A stretch of 62,108 nucleotides of DNA, the filler included, from Dimorphilus gyrociliatus (Eukaryota > Animalia > Annelida), in the NCBI GenBank assembly GCA_904063045.1. It is 4 parts of 4 records of this genome, joined end to end, with 100 filler letters (N's around TTAATTAATTAA, not from the genome) between each part and the next. Parts side by side here need not be neighbours in the genome. Positions count along the whole stretch, not along the records: positions 1 to 18,010 come from CAJFCJ010000208.1; 3 more parts are not named here. One strand, written 5' to 3'. Below the pieces are notes generated by a model. It ran no database searches, was not told the origin of the DNA, and worked only from the letters and a program-made list of their open reading frames with translations. Position 1 is the stretch's first letter; each line of letters opens with the position of its first letter. Made by a program: the position numbers and the translations under genes. Below, piece by piece: positions 1 to 12,443 of the stretch.

Positions 1-159
1 AAAAATCTAGTACAAACTATTTGAAACTTGAGTCTCAAAAATTGTCTCAAATTTTGATTTTCCGTGTGTAAAAGGTTGGAGTTAAAAAAAAAAGTGTGTT
101 TTAAAAATTGGATTTTAATCTAACCCTAATAATACCTAATCACTAGTGTAAATTTTGCA

Positions 160-285
160 GGGGTTGGTGGAAAACGTCCACAAAAGAGATATTTAGAGTT
201 TAGATTTTGGGTTGAAAAACTGGTTATTGATTTGGCCTATGGGAGATGGTATCTGAGATCTTTGTGGACCTTTACCATGACACCC
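160..285. mobile_element. Degenerate Mutator-type MITE (old copy)
   Basis: Left end GGGGTTGGTGGAAAACGTCCACAAAAG; the reverse complement of the right end is GGGTGTCATGGTAAAGGTCCACAAAG. Ends resemble the MULE/MITE termini elsewhere in the window. No clean TSD. Confidence 0.35.
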
Positions 286-956
286 AACTTTAAGTCCTAA
301 CTCCTGCCACAAATCCGACCCATCTTAGGGATGAGTAGGAGAAAACGAATTGATGTTTCTGACACTCTGAAGAATGAAACATTCATCTGAAAGTAGTTAA
401 ATCTAAAATGATAATCTTTGCCCAAATATAATTATCAAAAAAAGCTTGACTTTCAAAGTAAATTCTTTCCAAAGTGAAAGTTAATTTCAGTTTCTTCATT
501 TTTAAAATGGCTGTCAGTTTATATTTCAACAGTCTTTTTATTTTTGTAGCTTCCATTATTATAATTCTACCGGAGAAAACTTACTCTTTCAATTTTTTTA
601 AAAGAAAAAAGAAACTACTGCAATTCCAATTTTTTAGCTTTTAAAGCTTTTAAATATTTGAATATTGTACTACAAGTATACAGTATTGGATTTGTTGTTG
701 AATGAATAAATAGTAAACAGCAGACAATCGAAATGTACATGTTATTGTTCACTTCAAATGATATAAATTCAGAAGAATTACCATTTTGAAAATTATTTTT
801 CACTTTATTTTTCATTAGCCTAAGACTATGATTGATGTCTAAGTTAATAAATATAAATAGGTAATGACAAGCTTGTCCAATGAATCTTATTCTCTTTCCT
901 GTTTAATGACTTTACAGATGGTTTAACAAGACTAAATGTCTTGTAATATATTAAAC

Positions 957-1135
957 GGGGTTGACAGAAAACGTTCACAACTGAGAAATGGTTAGGAAGA
1001 AGAAGACAGCAACTGATATGTACTTAGGAGGGTCTCCTCTAAGGGATAGGGGTAGTAGAAAAGGTTAGGTACAGCCAGGGGCTGGGTTAGGGTTAGGGTG
1101 AAAGCACTGATTTGTGGACGTTTTCTGTCGCATCC
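957..1135. mobile_element. Mutator-superfamily MITE, 179 bp, 9-bp TSD
   Basis: Perfect ATATTAAAC direct repeat at 948-956 and 1136-1144. Ends GGGGTTGACAGAAAACG and (rc) GGATGCGACAGAAAACGTCCA match the two ends of the large MULE at 28400-31035. Contains GGGTTAGGGTTAGGG. Confidence 0.85.
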
Positions 1136-1293
1136 ATATTAAACAACTTAAAAAGCTCAGAGTTAATGTAAAATAGCCAAATGTTAGAAATGATAAAATG
1201 TAACCTTAAGCTTTTAAGTTTGGTATTATTTCTAATCAAAAACAAATTGTTCATTCGGAATAGAAATGCTAAAAATGGTGTATATACAGTATA

Positions 1294-2922
1294 CAGTATA
1301 GGCAAAAAGTCCCCAGCCACCCTGTAAAATTTTTAGTTTCCATATTAAGATATGCTGAATAACTACTTTTAATAGATAATAATAATGATTATTATGTATA
1401 AACTAATATCTTTCAGGAAAAATTATCAAAAAATTGTTTTTCTTTTAAAAAATGCAGTTTTAGTAATTATACCTCGAAAAAAGGGGTTGGTTAAAAATGA
1501 GTTACCATCTATTTAATTAAATATTTTACTTTAAATCTACCTTAGGACACTCTTTTACAATTTGTATACATGAATTATTATAATATTTCATTAAAATATA
1601 GTAATAATACTTTTAAACCTTTTTAATACTTTGTATGACCACCCTTATTGAAAAGACACAGCTGTAGCCTCTTTTTAAAACTATTAAACAATTTTTCAAC
1701 ATATTCAGTTGGAATATTGTCAAATTCTTGCTGTGTTACCCTCCATAGATCATCTACATTTGTGCACATATGTTTACCAACCCTTCCTTTTAGGTATGAC
1801 CATAAATTTTCAATAGGATTTAGGTCAGGACTCTGGGCTGGCCAGTCTTGCAAGTGCCTAATGTTCTTTTCATCCAAATACCTTAAGGTACTCCTAGATG
1901 TATGGCATGGAGCACCATCCTGCATGAATACTTGGTCCCTATTATAATTCTCTAGAAAAGATTTATCAAGAATTTCTTGATATTTTTCGGAATTTAAATT
2001 ACTTTTATATAAATGTATACCTCTGCTGCCATCACTTTTTATAAAACCCCATATATTTAGGGAACCATTTGCCTCTTTAAACGTTTTTATGGCATATTTT
2101 GCTTGAAATCTATCTGCTGGATGCCTTCTGACAAACTGCCTGTGTTTTGGATATAAATCTATCCTTGTCTCATCTGAAAACACAATTGAATCGATTTGCT
2201 CTGTGCTCCAAGAGAGGAGTCTTTTGCAAAACTTTCTCCTATTTATTAAATGCCTTTCTTTTTAATGGGGGTTTTTTTGCTGCAACATAGCCTCTCAAGT
2301 TATGTTTGCTTAAAACATTCTTGCAAGTAGATAGGGATATTATTGAGGCTAATTTAGAGGCTGACAAAATTTTTTTTGCTCCCCAGAAAGGATTTCTGCT
2401 AGATATAAGGCATAATATTCTCTCATCTCGCTCACTTAATTTGACTGGCCTGCCACTTCTGGGTAAATCTTCAATTGTACGATGCAATTGAAACTTTTTC
2501 CAGATATTTTGGGCACTGAACCTCGAAATTTTTAGCATTTTGGCAATTTTATATCAACGATAGCCCTTCTTGGTGTTTTTCAACAACCAAACGACGAATT
2601 CCTTTATCAATGACCACCATTTTTTTGAATAACCAAAGATATAATTATAATAAGATAATTTCCTATTTGATTTATGCAGCTTAGCCCCCTAGTTTTTGAT
2701 TAAATAGATGGTGACTCATTTTTAACTAACCCTTTTTTTCGAGGTATAATTACTAAAACTGTATTTTTTAAAAGAAAAACAATTTTTTGATAATTTTTTG
2801 TAAAGGATATTAGTTTATACATATTAATAATTATTATTACCAATTCAAAGTAGTTATTCAGTATATCTTAATATGAAAACTAAAAATTTTACAGGGTGGC
2901 TGGGGACTTTTTGCCTATACTG
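1294..2922 (-). mobile_element. Tc1/mariner DNA transposon, 1629 bp, ~200-bp TIRs, TA TSD
   Basis: TIR CAGTATAGGCAAAAAGTCCCCAGCCACCCTGTAAAA... at 1294 and its inverted copy ending at 2922. TA at 1292-1293 and 2923-2924. Transposase inside. Confidence 0.95.
1623..2620 (-). pseudogene. Tc1-family transposase (DD35E spacing), frameshifted
   Basis: ATG at 2620 (MVVIDKGIRR...), HTH with PRSGRP, FSDET, FMQDGAPCH, WPAQSPDLNPIENLW. 35 residues lie between the second D and E. Broken near 2550 and 2240-2185. Confidence 0.9.
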
Positions 2923-3131
2923 TATATTTTGAAGAAAATATTTCAGTACAACTTTGTAAAAGAATGTTGGGCATAAAACAACAAAAAGAGAAAACACAAA
3001 GATAAATGCTGATATGAAAACATGAAATTTCGATACAAAAGGTTTCTTAAGTGGAGACTTAACAATTTGATATCTTTTTTCAGCAACTAATACTGTACTT
3101 AATTGAGTTGAGAGTAATGAAATTGAGGCAA

Positions 3132-5600
3132 TTATTCAAAAGCATTGCAAGTAATGCCCTCTCTCCAATCTTTTTCAGACTTAAGGTATTCCTCTTGTGT
3201 TGGATCTTGATTAGCTACTGACAATGCTAAAAGATAGATTGAAGTCAGCATATCACTAATTGCCAGAGAGAGACAGTAGATCCTAAATGACTTTTCAACT
3301 GATAACATGATATTAATATTTATTGAATTAGCATTTGCAAGAAAACCAAAAATTCCTTCAAGTATTGAAATTGGTATTAATTTATCACATGTATCAAAAT
3401 TTGATGGTTTTGGTGTGCAGTTGATATCATTCGAAATCAACTTATTAGCTAAACAGCAAATTGAAATTGTTCAATTTCAAAACATCCTTTAAAATGTTTT
3501 TAAAATGTTTAATTGGATGAGAAGTATTTAGCATGAGTAGTATTTTCAGATTTACAAAATTTTTAAATGAATTCTTTTCAATGTGATATAAAGTAATAAT
3601 AGAATTTAAATTGAGATGCTTTAAGTTCTTAAAATTTTTGAAAGTATTTTCCGAAATAGTCGTAATTTTACTAAAAGAAATATCTAGTGATAAAAGATTT
3701 AGACTTTAGATTTGAGCCAGGAAATATACATATTCAAAGGGATTATAGGACAAATTTAAGTTTTGCAACATAGGAAAAACTTGATTGTTTCTTAAAAAAT
3801 TCAAATTTTTTAACTCATTTTCAGAGAATTTTAAATGAACAGTGTTGCATAGATTCAAGAAATCCCACTGATGTAGATAAATATTTCTAGAAATTTCTAA
3901 ACTGAAAAGATTTCTTGCATTTAAATATGAATCTTTTTTAAAATTTCCAATGATTGATATTTCTTTGAAATTTGAATCAATAAACAATATATTTTCAAAA
4001 AAAAATTACGTGATTAAATGTTTTGAAGAATTCCAAAGTATAAATAATTTTTTAAGTGCAAAATTTGGAGTGATTAGTCATTTCGGGTACATTGCAAAAT
4101 ACTTCATCACTGGCAAACTTACAATTAACAATTAAGTTACATATTTTCTCATATGCTGAAAGTATGTTTTCATTTTTGCATTTATAAAATCCAAATGGTT
4201 GAAATTCTTAGAAATTAATCAACAAAATGGCAGTATTTCGTTTAAAGAATATGTATTGAGTAAATGAGTTTCTAGTTCTAAACAAGTAAGTTTAAACAAC
4301 CTGTTAACATTTAAAGAACTGAACTGACAAGCTGGGGAAAAGCATTTCCTTTTGTACATTTCCAAAGCTTGGGTTCAAGTGGTCAAAGGATTACAAAGTT
4401 GAAATCTGACGTTCTCATAATTCTCATGTAACAAAAATATGAAAGACTGTTATATCACACGTATAAAATATAATCCTAAGATTAGGGCCATATGTCAAAC
4501 ATGTGCCACAGTAAACAGGCCTGCCTCATCAGCATCTGGTGTTTGACCTGCATCTTTTCCATGTTCTTTGTTCCTTTGTTAATTCCCAAGTAGCCACCAT
4601 CTGTTACAGTCAAAGAGTCTATTTCTTACGAAATAGAGTTCTTTCTAAAGTACTAAAAGCTAACACTACGAAATAAAAGTCTTTCTAAAGTTCCACCACT
4701 ATAATTCCTATGAAATATAAGTATTTCTATAGTTGCACCAGTCTAATTCCTATAAAATACAAGTCTTTCTAATGTACCCTTATATCTAAAGTTTAAGTAT
4801 TGATATATCATTATATCTAAGTTCACACTTACCACAATCTAATTCATCATCTCCATTCAAACATTGATTTATTCTATCGCACAACAGTTCAACACCAATA
4901 CACATTCCTTCATAGAAACATTTACACTGACCTTTCCCACATGTCCTGTTAACGCAGATACTTCTTAGCTTTAGTGGATATCCTGTTAAAGTAGTTAGAA
5001 ATCCTGTTGAACTATATTTGATATTACAATAATCTAGATTTTCTTTAGAACAATTCTCTTGTTGGCAATATATTTCATCTTCATAATCTTTGCAGTTTTG
5101 TTTTAAATTACACTGAAGGCTCTTAGCAATGTATTCCTTTTCCTTAGTATAATAATTGCAGAGGCACTGTTTATCAGTATTATAATCTGTTGCCAAAAGA
5201 TTGTGTAGACTGTTATTATCATAGATTTTTCTATAAATATACTTGTCTTTTAAGAATCTTAAAAGATGTGATGGAATATTTGATTGTGAACTAGGTGAAG
5301 ATGAAAATGATTTCTTCTCTGAACAATCACAGCTATAAATTATATTTATGCATACGTTATTTGTTTCACATTGGAAATAGTTTTCAAAAGATTTTGGCTG
5401 TTTATTTGCCAAATGTGATCCCTCTGTGCAACAGAAAGGTAGATGTTATTTTTATGCATAGTAATATAATTTTTTGTCCTTGTTCAGTCAAACAAACTTT
5501 CAAACTGGTGACAAACTGTCCAAAAAATGTTAGTTCTACGTTGCAATGGTGTTATATATGAACTATACCTTTCATACTTTTCTGTCGCTTGATCTAGATA
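3132..5600 (-). pseudogene. LDLa-LRR-7TM receptor (GRL101/LGR-like), disrupted
   Basis: LDLa-like repeats (LLCDRINQCLNGDDELDC; QCNLKQNCKDYEDEIYC), LRR (LQNLNLSYNPF) and TM1-2 (LSLAISDMLTSIYLLALSVA...DWREGITC). Multiple stops and an inserted repeat. Confidence 0.7.
4205..4787. repeat. Unclassified ~580-bp dispersed repeat (inverted copy ~34222-34803; fragment ~37318-37430)
   Basis: Reverse-complement match such as CCTGCCTCATCAGCATCTGGTGTTTGAC vs 34465-34495. Shared terminus GTACCCTTATA. About 40-bp sub-repeats near that end. Confidence 0.75.
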
Positions 5601-8097
5601 TACGCTGAAACATTTGTTTCACTACTGTTTTGATTGTCACGATTGTCACGTGACAATAAACTTTTTAGTACTAATATTATATAGCATAAAACAGGTTTTA
5701 TTAAAAGCAATTCATCAATAAGGTAATGCTGATGTCTTTTCCTGTATCTATAGGAATCAAGTTCTTTAAATTTTGGGGAATGAAATATTTCTGTCTCTAG
5801 TTAATCCATGAGCATTAATTAGATTAGAACTGAGTAGTTACCTGATGTTACTGTGAAATTTCTTTTATTTTTTTTTAGTAGTTTTAAATTCTGAAAAAAA
5901 CTCAACTGCAAAATTGAAATATAATGTGAAATACTTGAACCAAATATTAAATTCAAAAATATCGTTTTGGTAATTTTGCACTTGAATAAATTTTCTGAGA
6001 ACTATTATAAAAATAAATATAGTAGCAAACATGCTCAAAATGTAAAAAAGCATTTCCAGTTCTGGTAAAAACTGCATAAAGAATTTTTTTAATTTAGGTA
6101 TTTTAAAATATTTTTAATCTTTTCCGGAACATTCTATTGTTGCTAATTCGAAAGTATCTATTGAACTCTTTGGTATTCTAGATATTTATTTGTTAAAAAT
6201 ATTTATAAATACAGTTATGTACTTATAAAATTTTCTACTGTTTCCTATTCTGAGGGATACAATCATCAAAACTAATTGAATTGTTTTAACATTTTAAATA
6301 TGGAAAGGAGTGCACTTGTTTCCGCCAAAGAGCTGCATGTGTTGATTTTAATACATCTCCATAATACATTGGTGTATCAAATTTAAAAAGGTTCAAGATT
6401 TGAAATTAAATGTTTGCAAATCATTTACAAATGCTGAAATACTAAAAAGGCTATAAAGTAATACCTTTGGCTTGTTATATTTTCAATTTCATATTTTGAT
6501 TTGATACGCTTATCTGAGGTTTCAATTAGTATTCTTTTATCTGATTTAAAGAAGAAACAGCAGTAGAATATAGAATTTGGCAGTGAATCAAATACAACCT
6601 GAGGAATTTGGTAAACATTCAGGATTGAGGGCAAGTTGAGTGGAACCAAAACCAATTTGAACATAACAGTCAACTACCTTTTCTTGTTTTAATTTACAAT
6701 TTGTAAGATATATAAAGTGCATTTCTTCATAACTATTTAAAAACTAGCAAATTTATTTATTTGAATTTCTATTCAGACTTAACATGATTGCTGATGAAAA
6801 AAGAAAATTAATATTTGGGAATAATTTTCTAGAAAATTGACTGCTAATAAAGTCACTGGCAATTTCAATGTCTATTTTTCAACGAAATATAATAATTGGA
6901 AACTTTATATCTTGGAGTTTACAATATATTTTCCAAATTTTTTAGTATTAAAAAAATCTATCATAGCTATCAGAATATTTGATACTATATTTCAAAATTT
7001 CAAAATCTTTTTGACACAAAAATAAATATTATAGTTAAATGCACAAACAAGAAACAATAGATACCTTGCAAATCCATATATCTACAATGAAAAGTATTGT
7101 TATTTTTGATTTATTAATGATAAAACTGCAGTTGAATTTTCAAATTAACATATAATTTTTGTTTACTGCACAAAATTTCTCTATCAAGTTTTGAATATAT
7201 TATGTAGACTTTTCCCTCATGTTTGTACAGCATTTCAAACAAATTGTCACTCAACTTTTGAACAAATAAATCTGTTTTTGTATTAAAAAAATATATATTA
7301 TTAATCCAGCATATGAAAGAATAGAATGTGAAAATTTTACAAGTTTTGCCACCTTCCTGATAGGCATACCTGGCTTTTGAAGGCAATTGAAGATTGATAT
7401 TCTTGTGAACTCTGACAGCTTCACCATTTTGTCTGAAGTTTAGTTGAAGGGACTTAAATATATCATATACATAAACAACCTTAAAATAATATTAAAAATG
7501 ACACTACATAACAATTACAACAAATATCAGAATATAGCAGAATCTAGTTGTGCACTCAAAATAGGCCCCATTAGTAAATGGGGAAGAAGTCACATTTCTG
7601 AAATAAAAAGAGAAGAAAATATTTTTTCTCTCCAAAATGATCAGGAGAATACTACTAAATATAAATTTTATCTTTCCTTCTTTTCTTTAAGTGTGCCAAA
7701 AAGAATAATTATTAAAATATATATTTTTCATGGTGTAGTGATGACTTCTCACCGATACTGTATAGGTTAGTACCCAATCGTATAATTCTTAATGCTTGGT
7801 AAGAAACAGGGAATAGTTCAGTGTTAGTTAGCAACAACCGATATTTCGCAGTCTCTTGATGTTATTGCAGACCAATCACATTCTGTTCTTTCATTGGCTG
7901 GATGAGTGCGAACATTTGAAGATTGATAAAACCCAAGCTGTTATGCTTTTATAGATAATACTTGATTTTATTCAATAATATTGCCTTAGCTAAATCAGAA
8001 AACAAAAACGCTTCTGAAATTTCCATGAAATGATAATTTAGATTTAAGATTGTCATAGACAGCGAGAATCTGAAAATAGATTAAGTAAAGCTTAGAT

Positions 8098-8303
8098 GGA
8101 TGTGGTAGAAAACGGCCATAAATCTACGGTTTTACCGTAACCCTAACATAGCTCTTGTTTTTGCCTAAACTTTTTCAATGCCACTAACCTTTACATGGGA
8201 CCCTCCTACGAGCGTATCAATATCTATCCTATTCTCCTAGCCATTACCCAGCCCGAAATCTGACCTTCAAATATTTAATATTTGGCCGTTTTCGATTGGT
8301 CTC
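8098..8303. mobile_element. Mutator-type MITE, 206 bp, 9-bp TSD
   Basis: Perfect AGCTTAGAT at 8089-8097 and 8304-8312. Imperfect TIRs GGATGTGGTAGAAAACGGCCA / (rc) GAGACCAATCGAAAACGGCCA. Confidence 0.85.
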
Positions 8304-8956
8304 AGCTTAGATCCTTTAACAACCGATCAAAGTGAATTATGAAACAGTGCTCCTCTTATTAGCACAGTTTTTAAAATGTCGTGTAATGAATGATTTTCTC
8401 TTTCAATTTTGTCCAATACAATAAACAAAAAGTTGTCAATCTGACTCGTCGACAAGTGTCAACACAATCATTGCGTTAAAAAAACTTATTTCAAAATTAA
8501 TCAATTACTGTTTGTTAATAACCAGAGATAGGCCTATTGCTATAAAGAAAACGATTGAAATTAGCCATAAATTGAGAAAATCATTTATCACACGACATTT
8601 TTCACTTTAATCTGTTGTTAAAGAAATTCGCCACTTGTATACCATTTCCGCTTATTTTATTGTCCTGCATCTGGGTGCTTGACATTGCTCCTCATTGAAC
8701 AGCTCAACTGGTTTAGAACAATCCGGAATATATTCAAATATTATTTTATATAATACAAACAAATTTATTAGTCTAAGATAAATGTGAAAAAAATCTATAA
8801 AATAATACTAAAAAAAACAAAGTTCTAGATTAATTTATTTGCCAATATCACAAATCTTTTGCCTTGATTTGAAGCTCCATGGAAACTTTGTTGATTCAAT
8901 GCTAATAACAATAATACAAGTTTGCAATCAGCTAGAGACGAGTATATCTGCTCAAA

Positions 8957-9440
8957 ATGGTCGTTGTACAAATCAAAACTGTTGTAAGTTTTATTTCTAT
9001 TCTAATTAAATCAACTTGAATATTTGAGTATTAATATAGTTTCTATATATTAATATAAAAATAATAGGCAGAACACGATAGCATTATAAGCAATGCTCCG
9101 AATTTACTGATAATTATTGATTTTTATGCAACCTGGTGTCCACCTTGCCAACGGATCGCACCAATCCTGGAGCAAATGAGTGAAGATAATAAAAGTGTTT
9201 TATTTTTAAAAGTGAATGTTGACGAGTCACCGGAACTCTCAACGCTGTATGGGGTAAGATACTTGAGCTGCTTCTGCATGTACTATACTGTATATTTTGA
9301 TATGTCTTTCTATAAAGATTGATGCCATGCCTACTTTCCATGCTTTATTGAATGGTAAGAGATTGGATAGTGTTAAAGGAGCTGATGAAGAAAAATTAAG
9401 ACAACTAATATCTTCCATCCTTGGTGAAAACTTTTGGTGA
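8957..9440 (+). CDS. Thioredoxin, 3 exons (8957-8983, 9068-9253, 9318-9440), WCPPC active site
   Basis: Manually spliced with GT-AG introns: MVVVQIKTV|AEHDSIISNAPNLLIIIDFYATWCPPCQRIAPILEQMSEDNKSVLFLKVNVDESPELSTLYG|IDAMPTFHALLNGKRLDSVKGADEEKLRQLISSILGENFW*. Not in the ORF track. Confidence 0.93.
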
Positions 9441-9479
9441 AAAAATGTTTGTGCTGCCTTTGATTAGATGAGTTACGCG

Positions 9480-9915
9480 TTTCAGAACTAGAACAGTAAA
9501 GGTTCTACTTGAACCATTAAACAATGCTAAACTTAAGTGGTTTATTCAAAATAAAAATACACTGAAGAAAGTAATTATATGAAAACTGGATATGGTAGAA
9601 AACGGCCACAAATCTATGGCTTTACCCTAATTCTAACCAAACCCTTGTTTTTGTTAACCTTTTTGAATACCCCTAACCCTCAGATAGGACACCCTAACTA
9701 CATATCAATAGCTATTATATTCCTCCTAATCATTTCCTAGCCCAAAATCCTACCTTGCAATTTTTCATCTATGGCCACTTTCAACCGGTCCCATGAAAGC
9801 TTAATAGCAGAGTAGATAGTTTGTAGTAGTTGCTTGCTAAATTGTCAAACTAGCATCTAATATGAATGGATAGAATTGTTGCCTTAAGAGAGTTATTTCC
9901 AGATGATCTTCTCAA
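9480..9915 (-). mobile_element. Old diverged LTR fragment related to the 635-bp gypsy LTR, split by a MITE
   Basis: GGTTCTACTTGAACCATTAAAC (about 9500) and ATAGCAGAGTAGATAGTTTGTA...TTTCCAGATGAT (9804-9908) are collinear with the solo LTR at 31304-31938 on both sides of the MITE. Confidence 0.65.
9588..9792. mobile_element. Mutator-type MITE, 205 bp
   Basis: TSD ATGAAAACT / ATGAAAGCT (8 of 9 match). Clearly homologous to 8098-8303. Confidence 0.8.
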
Positions 9916-10930
9916 ATTATCAGATGATTGGAAGAAAACAGTAAGAATTTATATACTCTTGGGCTGATTTCTAGCATCTATCCATCTCTACAGTTTGAGA
10001 ACTGTTTTAGTTGATACTTATCTTTAGTACAAACATATCACAAAGTCTAACAGTCGAGTTCTTTGTCTTTTACTAGGATTAATAAAATTATAACTTGGCT
10101 AAAAGTTATTTTACTAGGTATAATTTAATATGGCGTTGCTCTAGTCTAGTCCTATAATTGTTTCAAGAGTAATAAAAATATAACGAAAGCTGCACAGCCT
10201 CCCTTGCTCGAATAAACATGAGTGCTTTTATCTAGTTTGAAAAAAGTATTACTTCATGTTGTCTTTCTTCTTCATGATTTGGAAAAGATCAGATCTAAAA
10301 CGTCATTCATTAGATTCTGACTCTTTCAGGGTAAAATAAAAGATTTGAAAATACATATTACATAAAAGAGTTATAAACTTAAGCAATATAAATTGCATCA
10401 AGAGGTAAAAAGTCTTCTTACAAATCTCAAATCGTGCGTATTTCTTTATTAATAAACTACTTTCTATTATTGAATATTCTTCCTATCCAAACACTCCATA
10501 TTAGTCGTCCGGCTGATAATTAACTTCATAAAAAATTTCAACCACCAACAAATATTAACTTTCAACAACAATTATGGATATTCTCTATCTTAACTTGTGA
10601 AAATGTTAACAAAACGATTTCATCTAAAACTCAATGGAAATCCAACGAAGAGCCATCTATTGTTTAAAAAAAATTGAAAAAGAAGAAACAATAAACATAT
10701 GCGGATAATGAATGATAATTCAAAAAAAAAGAGTTTTGATGAGTTGAAATGATATCATGTAGAATTGAATAGAAGTTTATAATTATCTACTATAAGTAGA
10801 TAGGGGTAATTAGCTATACATATTTATAATTGATTTTATAGATATACAGTACACATATAAAATTTATATGTATATATATATATATATATATATGGGATAA
10901 GCGTAACGTATATAGAGTACAATTATTGTG

Positions 10931-12109
10931 ATGTATGCTACTCTTGTATTTTGGATTATCCTCTTCATTGTTCTAATAAGGACATTTGAATGGCTTATAA
11001 GATCATTCTATATAACTAATATCAACGATAAATACGTACTAATAACTGGATGTGACATGGGTAAAAATATTCCATATGCCTTGGCAAAGTGCCTGAGAAA
11101 TATTATCCTCCCTTTCTTTCTTTTCTCTCTTTACCTCTTTCCTCTTCATAATAGGTTTTGGGAATCTTTTAGCGAAGCGTCTAGACAGCAAAGGAATGAA
11201 TGTCATTGCCACTTGCCTAAAGGAATCTGGTGCTGAAGAATTGAACAAATCATGCTCAAACAAATTATCAACTTACGTTATGAACGTTACTAACGAAGAA
11301 GAAATTGATAGTCTGAGAGAGTTTGTTAAGGAAAAGGTTGGCGATAAAGGTCTATACGCATTGGTGAATAACGCCGGAATTGGTAGGAAAGGCTGCGGTT
11401 CACCAGAGACATTCATGATGAAGAGCTTGGTGGAGATTTTAAGCATCAATTCAGTAGCGCCGGCTGCTTTTTGCTTTAAATTTCTAGAACTGTTGAATAT
11501 GGGAAAAGGTAGAATCGTTAATATGTCGTCGATGGGTGGAAGAGTTCAAGACACAAACTTACTTTACGGTATATCTAAACACTGCGTTGAGGGTCTTTCT
11601 ACAATTTTAGGGTAATTTACTTTGAACAGCAAAACAACTTTGTTTTATAAAAAGAAAATGACAAACAGATATCTACTGAAGCAACAAAACTGGAATGTTT
11701 CTCTTCACACTCTTGAACCGGGAAGATTTTTGACGTCTATTCATCAAAAAGAGACGATTAATGAAGAAATTTTGGACAGTTATTCGAGAATTTCAAAATG
11801 GACAAAAGAAAAATATCCAACTGAAGAATTATACCTTGAAAAATGTACGAAAAACTTTATACAGAAACTGGAATGTCTAACTTTTTTCTTTTTTTCCTTT
11901 AATTAGTTATCAAACCATATAATGAATTTATGGCATCGGCATCAGAAAATTTACACGAGGTTATTGATGCATACGAACATGCTATCCTTTCAATTTGGCC
12001 TAAAAATCGGTATACAATTGGATTTTGGGAGAAGTATTTCATGATTCCCTTATCTTACATTCCAACTACAATTTCTGATTGTATTTTTCAAGAATTAAGT
12101 GATAAATGA
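10931..12109 (+). CDS. Short-chain dehydrogenase/reductase, retinol/17-beta-HSD (SDR9C)-like, 4 exons
   Basis: N-terminal hydrophobic anchor, TGCDMG|GFG, LVNNAGI, GRIVNMSS, YGISK, EPG. Introns 11061-11154, 11612-11668 and about 11845-11906 splice into an open frame ending in TGA at 12107-12109. Confidence 0.93.
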
Positions 12110-12443
12110 ACGATTTCTATCTTTCTTTTGTCATCTAGAGATATATTGAATGAGTTGACGCAAATTCAAGGATTAGATAAGGGTTAGGATAAAAATCTAT
12201 AATATCTGATATTTAATCCTGCATCATAATTCAACTGTTCTTTTTAATCAATATCATCATAAATTAAATTAAATAACTTGAAAGGAAATATCTTTTATTA
12301 ACTAATTTAAAAATAGTAGGGAAAGTGTTAGGGCCTGAATAATCATTCTTCATCGAAAGGTGACTCACCAGCAATATTTTATGCTCAAAATGTAATTGTA
12401 CTAAGCGTCTTACGTTAATCAGCTAACTCAGATTATGACAATA

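Noticed and set aside
1648-1947. Antisense ORFs over Tc1, MULE and receptor genes
   Set aside because: Shadow frames without recognisable motifs.
10868-10892. (TA)n microsatellites (also ~33492, ~46007, ~61070)
   Set aside because: Ordinary simple repeats.
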